The notes under the pieces: generated by a model
Database searches by the model: none
What the model saw: only the letters and a program-made list of their open reading frames with translations
Told to the model about the DNA's origin: nothing
Made by a program: the position numbers and the translations under genes
Part shown: in pieces, positions 59,077 to 64,000 of the stretch
Layout: each line of letters opens with the position of its first letter
Position numbering within the stretch: the first letter of the stretch is position 1
Virus record (IMG/VR): IMGVR_UViG_3300028581_000028
Location: 1 to 64,000 of that record
Source of the DNA: a virus
Length of the DNA stretch: 64,000 nucleotides
Reading direction: 5' to 3' (one strand)

Positions 59077-60345
59077 TTAAAACAATTTTCCTTGACTCAA
59101 AAATGTTTCGAGTCTTTTTTCTGCGATTTTACAATATTCTGCACTCATCTCGCTTCCGATGAATTTTCTATTTGACCGCAGTGCAACCTCTCCCGTGCTT
59201 CCAGTCCCCATAAATGGATCGTAAACAACACCGCCCTCGAATTCTGCTACACAACCGCAATCCGATAACTCAGTAATATACTCAGTTTCTCCCTTCTCGC
59301 TTGGCTTGTATTTTATGGTCGTCATCTGGGCATCGAAAGTATCATCAAATCCCAGTATCTCTTTAATAACAATCCAGTCCTCTGCAGTCGGGTAGCTCTC
59401 GCCACTAAACCAATGATGTGTGGCTTGGGATTGCATAGTAAACTCGATCTGCTCAACTGTTTGGCTACCCTTCCATTTTTTAAGGTACGCAACGATATCT
59501 TTTATTGCTGGAAGATCTCTTGCCTCGACCAGCCCAGACCTTTCTTGCACGGAATAAGGCTTCGATCTATCCCAAACTACGGTACCACGATCAGCATTAT
59601 CAAATAAGACTGGTTTTGATATTTTAAATCTCGGTTGTTTGCACTTAGAACATACAAATTCGGGACAACTGGATAACATTGGTTTGACCAGCAACGAGTC
59701 GTTATAACTGGCATAATGTTTATTCGGGCTGGGCTTTGTTGGGATATCCCAAAAGTCTGCTACATCACCGCAGTTTTTACCCTTTTCGCTTTGCCCTAAC
59801 CAGTCAACATCTCCGCTAAAATTATTTACGTTGCCCTTGCCATTGTATTTTATCCTATTAGCTCCACGATTATCAGCGTTTTTATGTCTATCCCTCACGG
59901 CATCTAAATCGAAAAAGTAATTTTCGCTTTTAACCATAAAGAAAAAGTACTCGTGTTTTTTCGAAAAGCGATCCGTTACGCTTTCTGGCATCGCATTGCG
60001 TTTTGCCCATACTACATCATTGCGAACTATCCAGCCACGATCCATACACCCGATTGCAAATCGATGAGGCAATAACAATAATCTTTTATCGCCATCGTAG
60101 GAATCCCCCATATTGATCCATACACTCCCAGTTGGCTTTAGTTTATCATAAAGCACATACATCATTTGCCAAAGATTTTCCAGATAAACGATAAAGCTAT
60201 GTTCTTGTCCCCATTGACCAGCGTACCCATAATCTCGTAGTTTCCAGTACGGAGGCGAGGTGATAACACAATCTAAAAAGTTATCGGGCATCCTACGAAG
60301 AGTTGCCAGACAAGGCTCATTATATATTTTGTTTAACTCCATCAC
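59077..60345 (-). CDS. Beta-class N4/N6 DNA methyltransferase with inserted segment
   Basis: TSPPY near the N-terminus and DPFMGTGST near the C-terminus. Confidence 0.85.
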   Translation of the reverse strand: MMELNKIYNEPCLATLRRMPDNFLDCVITSPPYWKLRDYGYAGQWGQEHSFIVYLENLWQMMYVLYDKLKPTGSVWINMGDSYDGDKRLLLLPHRFAIGCMDRGWIVRNDVVWAKRNAMPESVTDRFSKKHEYFFFMVKSENYFFDLDAVRDRHKNADNRGANRIKYNGKGNVNNFSGDVDWLGQSEKGKNCGDVADFWDIPTKPSPNKHYASYNDSLLVKPMLSSCPEFVCSKCKQPRFKISKPVLFDNADRGTVVWDRSKPYSVQERSGLVEARDLPAIKDIVAYLKKWKGSQTVEQIEFTMQSQATHHWFSGESYPTAEDWIVIKEILGFDDTFDAQMTTIKYKPSEKGETEYITELSDCGCVAEFEGGVVYDPFMGTGSTGEVALRSNRKFIGSEMSAEYCKIAEKRLETFLSQGKLF

Positions 60346-60584
60346 CAGATCACGTTATTAGGTAATATTTCGCTACCGCTTTTTACATTTTGCTGAACCC
60401 CATTATTCCAAAATATTGCCTCGCAAGGAGTAACCATCTGGAAAGAGTCGCATCTAATAGCAGTACTTCGCTGGTTCATCCCAGTACCGTTAAGGATATT
60501 TAGGGTGTACCGCTTATCCTCTCTGGCACTCTCACACCCAAGTAACGTAAGAGATAATGCGAGTAAAAAGATTAATTTTTTCAT
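60342..60584 (-). CDS. Putative lipoprotein
   Basis: MKKLIFLLALSLTLLGC lipobox. Confidence 0.65.
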   Translation of the reverse strand: MKKLIFLLALSLTLLGCESAREDKRYTLNILNGTGMNQRSTAIRCDSFQMVTPCEAIFWNNGVQQNVKSGSEILPNNVIW

Positions 60585-60586
60585 AC

Positions 60587-62220
60587 TTATTTTAGTTGGT
60601 TTGATAATACTTTATCGACCTCGTCATCTGTAAGTTGGCTGGTTGTTTTATAGCCTTTTTTAATGCCATACTGGAGAACCTTTCTGACCTCCTCTTTTGT
60701 CATTGGCATCCCTTTGTGTTCAAATGCCTTCCAACTTTTGTTTATTTGCTGTAAAGCTCCTAAAATGTCCGCATCCATACTTTATTTTTTTTTAAATAAA
60801 ACACCCCAAATTACAAAGGTTAAAATCAAAACTATTTTCAGAGTATTGCTCATATCCTTTAATCCTTTTTATACTCATAAGTCCAATCGTCTGTATCGCC
60901 TTTCAAATACTTAAAGGCTTTCTTTTTCCAGATTTCTTTTTGCTTTGTCAACTCAACGGTCAAAGGAACATCTTTCCCAGCTCCAAACATCCCCTCTTTA
61001 TATCCGCAGTACGGACACCACCATTCGTAACCATCGTGTCTAAAAGTCCAAATTAATGGCACTTGCTTTTCGTGGCAATCGCAGATCTTGATTATTGGTT
61101 CGTTCATAATTTATCTTTGTTTTTGATTAGGTAAAAGCAATATACGATAACCCCTCTTTTCTCAATTCATCGTGTAATATTTTACGCACACTGGTGTATT
61201 TAAAAACATTTATTAATTCGTAAAATAATTGTAGCGGAGGCATATCGAATATTTTGCCATCGTACTCGTAGTCATAACTTGCATATAAGTCAATGTTTTT
61301 GCCAGATATGAGAGGTCTTAACTTATTTGCAAAGGTTAAAACCCCAATCGTTAAACTTTCATCTCTATTATTGGCACTATCAAGTATAATAACCGCCATA
61401 TTTTGATAGTCCATTTCAAAGAATTCATCTTGAAACAAGTACGCTGACTGGTTGTTCCAAAAATACGAAACAAAATAATTCCAAGCCTTTGTTATTTTAT
61501 CAAAGTGTTCGCATTTAGTACCCTTAATATCCAAAGCTGAAGATTGAAAATAATAATCATTCTCTTTGTTATAATCTTTACTGTTTATTGGTCGTGATCT
61601 ATCCATATTCGTTTTATTATCTTTTGTAATTGCGAGAATAAGACCAGCTAAATTCTTTCTGGTTTTGGAATTCTTTTTTATAATCGGTCTTCGGCACAAA
61701 TGCTTTCCCTATTTCTGTTTTTGTAACCCGTCCTAATCTAAAATTTTTAACTATTCTTTTTAATTCGGATACTGCTTTATCTAAACCAGTTTCTAAAACG
61801 TACCAGTAATTTGTCCTTACGAGATCATCAAAGGGCTTCCCAAATGCTGTTTCACGACCACCCCAAGTGCCAATTCCTTGCTGGAAAACAGAGTTACCAA
61901 AAGCGATTAACACCGCTTCGTACCTTTCCCAGTCATCGCTTGTACCATTTGACTTCATCGAGATTTCGATGTTAAATATTTTCTCGTATTGCTTTTTATT
62001 CTTCGCCATTTTGCCCGTTTTTGTTTTCATTATCTGCCAGTTTTTTTAATATTTTATTGCATTTTTTACAACTACAACGACTCTCTATAATCGTTGAATT
62101 TATGTATGGGTGCTTTTTGGAATATAACCCACAAGCAGTTACAAATCGGTGATGCCCGCTTTTTGTCCAGTCGTAGTCTGTATGATAATGTATTATTCCA
62201 AAAGGTAGTCTTCCACGCAT
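60587..62220 (-). CDS. Small hypothetical proteins (60587..60778, 60859..61107, 61127..~61606, 61617..~62009, 61996..62220)
   Basis: Abutting ORFs; exact starts uncertain. Confidence 0.5.
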
Positions 62221-62235
62221 ATACTTATTTTTTTA

Positions 62236-62919
62236 TTATCCGAATAACGTTCCTTGACTTTGCATCCCAGCGAGTCGCTTTGCTCCAGCATTAAACCACT
62301 TGGGATCAAGTTCAGTCCCGATAAACTTTCTGCCCTCTTTATGACAAGCGACTGCAGTACTAAAGCTCCCCAAAAAACCATCAAATACCATATCGCCTTT
62401 ATTACTGCTATGTAGAATAATCCTACGGATTACATTATAATCTTTTTCGTGTGGATGGCTATTGACATCGTGTTGAACGTGATTCATTTTCCAGACGTTG
62501 CTTACATCATTGGAGTTGTACTTTGCCTTGCCCTTTTCGAGTACTAAACAGACCTCGTATTGATTTCTGAAACCATATCCCATCCCGATATTGTTTTTTA
62601 CTAAAATGCAAAGCATACGGTAATTAAATCCGTGTGCAATAGCATACTCTTTTATTTGGAAACAAAACTTGTGATTGCTGAATAAATAAAGACTGGTATC
62701 GTTTTTCATTTTCGGAAGTATTGCGTCCAAAAAACGATAATTGATACTCTCATCCTCGTTATTTAAAATCTCTTTAGAGTCCCTTCCATACCCGATTCCA
62801 TCCCCGTAAGGAGGATCAACGATTACGAGGTCAAGGCACTCGTTTGGCATTACCGCAATTAAGTCAAAGCAATCTGCTTGGAATACGGTGTTTTCTTTAA
62901 ATTCTATTTTATTTTCCAT
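62236..62919 (-). CDS. Beta-class DNA methyltransferase (DPPY)
   Basis: VDPPY, HPHEK, DGFLGSFST. Confidence 0.85.
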   Translation of the reverse strand: MENKIEFKENTVFQADCFDLIAVMPNECLDLVIVDPPYGDGIGYGRDSKEILNNEDESINYRFLDAILPKMKNDTSLYLFSNHKFCFQIKEYAIAHGFNYRMLCILVKNNIGMGYGFRNQYEVCLVLEKGKAKYNSNDVSNVWKMNHVQHDVNSHPHEKDYNVIRRIILHSSNKGDMVFDGFLGSFSTAVACHKEGRKFIGTELDPKWFNAGAKRLAGMQSQGTLFG

Positions 62920-63438
62920 AAATAATTATCAATAAATTCTTCATCCGTTTCTCTGATGTTTAACTTACATCCGCAATAATTCGCAAAGTCTAATAATAGC
63001 ACCTTACGACCAGCGTGATCGCCACGTTCAATTCTGTTTTTATCGATCTCCACGATCCTATCAACAAAAGAACGACTACCAACCCACCAGCTATGACCAT
63101 CCCATCGCATAATCTCCCAATCCGATGTGGATGGCTTCACCCAGTAGTATCCATTTTCTAAAACCATATCTTTAAGTTTAAATAGACACATCTTTTGAAA
63201 ATGCTTCATATAAATACCTTTTGCCGAGCTTTGTTAAAGTCCACTTTGTAGTCACCAGTCCCAGTTCCGCCACAATACATTTGGCAGTATTCCCAGTATG
63301 GTATCCAGAGGCACATTTGAGCAAAGCGTTTTTAACTACGTCACGCTTCGAGGTATCTCCGAAGTTTGCATTACCCCAAGCAGTGTTTAATTCCTCGTCT
63401 GATATTAACTTCTCTAATTCGCTGATATTGTTTTCCAT
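62904..63438 (-). CDS. Two hypothetical proteins (62904..~63167, 63178..63438)
   Basis: ORFs. Confidence 0.5.
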
Positions 63439-63485
63439 ACTTATTTGTTTTATATGCTATTTGAGTGCTATAATTAAATAGCACA

Positions 63486-63683
63486 TTAAAGATATTTACT
63501 TACACTATTTGCGGTCACCCCCCTTTTGACCAGCCCATCCTCAATCAGCTTGGTAAAAACACGGTAAGCGGAATTATATCCGCAACAACATTTTCTTTGA
63601 ATTAGCGAGATCGATATATCGTCCCCACTTTTAAATCGCAACAAAACTTCTTTTCTGTTTTTGGTATCTTGTTCTTGTTGCAT
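63486..63683 (-). CDS. Standalone FtsK-gamma-like wHTH protein
   Basis: ISISLIQRK...GYNSAYRVF..L...GLV matches the FtsK gamma pattern SxSxxQRxxxxGYNxA. Confidence 0.6.
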   Translation of the reverse strand: MQQEQDTKNRKEVLLRFKSGDDISISLIQRKCCCGYNSAYRVFTKLIEDGLVKRGVTANSVSKYL

Positions 63684-63730
63684 TGCGGTAATACTATCGT
63701 GTTCTATACTGTTTTTTTTGATTTAAATTA

Positions 63731-63750
63731 GGCTGGGGATCGCCCCAGCC
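63731..63750. terminator. GC-rich intergenic hairpin
   Basis: GGCTGGGG-ATCG-CCCCAGCC; U-tract on the minus strand is weak. Confidence 0.45.
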
Positions 63751-63759
63751 CTCTTTTAA

Positions 63760-64000
63760 TTAAAGTGATTTTAATCTTTTATTGCCATCGTTATCCAATG
63801 CCACTGCAACATTTGGCACAAATGTCAACGCTTCTGCACAAGCGATAACCTCGCCATCTTTATTGCGAAATTCAGTTGTTACTTGTACAACACAACCATT
63901 CCCAGTCACCATTGCTTTAGTCGATTTCATCCAGCCTTGCTCTTTACTGGAGGCTTTGCCGATCAACTGGAATAAATCCCCGTTCCCAAAAACTTTTAAA
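63760..64000 (-). CDS. Hypothetical phage protein, 5' end outside the window
   Basis: KASS...GWMKSTKAM...GCVVQVTT; frame open to the window edge. Confidence 0.6.
   Translation of the reverse strand, partial: LKVFGNGDLFQLIGKASSKEQGWMKSTKAMVTGNGCVVQVTTEFRNKDGEVIACAEALTFVPNVAVALDNDGNKRLKSL

Noticed and set aside
1-64000. Alternative genetic code, tRNA or rRNA genes, integrase or transposase
   Set aside because: The standard code gives dense, abutting ORFs ending in TAA, TAG and TGA; none of these features was recognisable by eye
1-64000. Eukaryotic giant virus (NCLDV) origin, suggested by the A32-like ATPase and annexin motif
   Set aside because: Peptidoglycan hydrolases, lipoprotein signals, operonic packing and Bacteroidota promoter boxes indicate a bacterial host

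Overview
The window is an internal piece of a large, AT-rich, gene-dense virus-like genome. ORFs run off both ends and almost every real gene is on the minus strand; the one credible exception is 20437..20754. TAnnTTTG promoter boxes and AT-rich translation starts without Shine-Dalgarno sites point to a Bacteroidota host. Three blocks are visible. (1) About 1-20 kb is a putative virion morphogenesis module: an A32/P9-like (FtsK-HerA) packaging ATPase, two paralogous beta-rich capsid-like proteins, about 14 small or medium membrane-anchored proteins with lysine tails, a HExxH metalloprotease, lysozyme, GH108 and peptidoglycan-binding proteins, an annexin-like protein and a spike-like protein. 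I recognise no terminase, portal, HK97 capsid or tail gene in the window. (2) About 24.9-42.5 kb is an operon of large 'polyvalent-type' proteins: a Strawberry-notch helicase, an LPD23/zincin protein, a MoxR-type AAA ATPase with partner, and a GG-linked mosaic protein. (3) About 42.6-64 kb holds many small accessory genes, including DNA methyltransferases, a split PAPS-reductase-like gene, radical SAM, RusA, exonuclease and HAD proteins. My best hypothesis (inference) is an unusually large tailless, membrane-containing (Varidnaviria-like) virus of Bacteroidota whose virion proteins share a recurring Phi-x-x-[A/Phi]-[D/E]-G motif that may be a maturation-protease site. All family calls come from motif recognition by eye; no searches were run.
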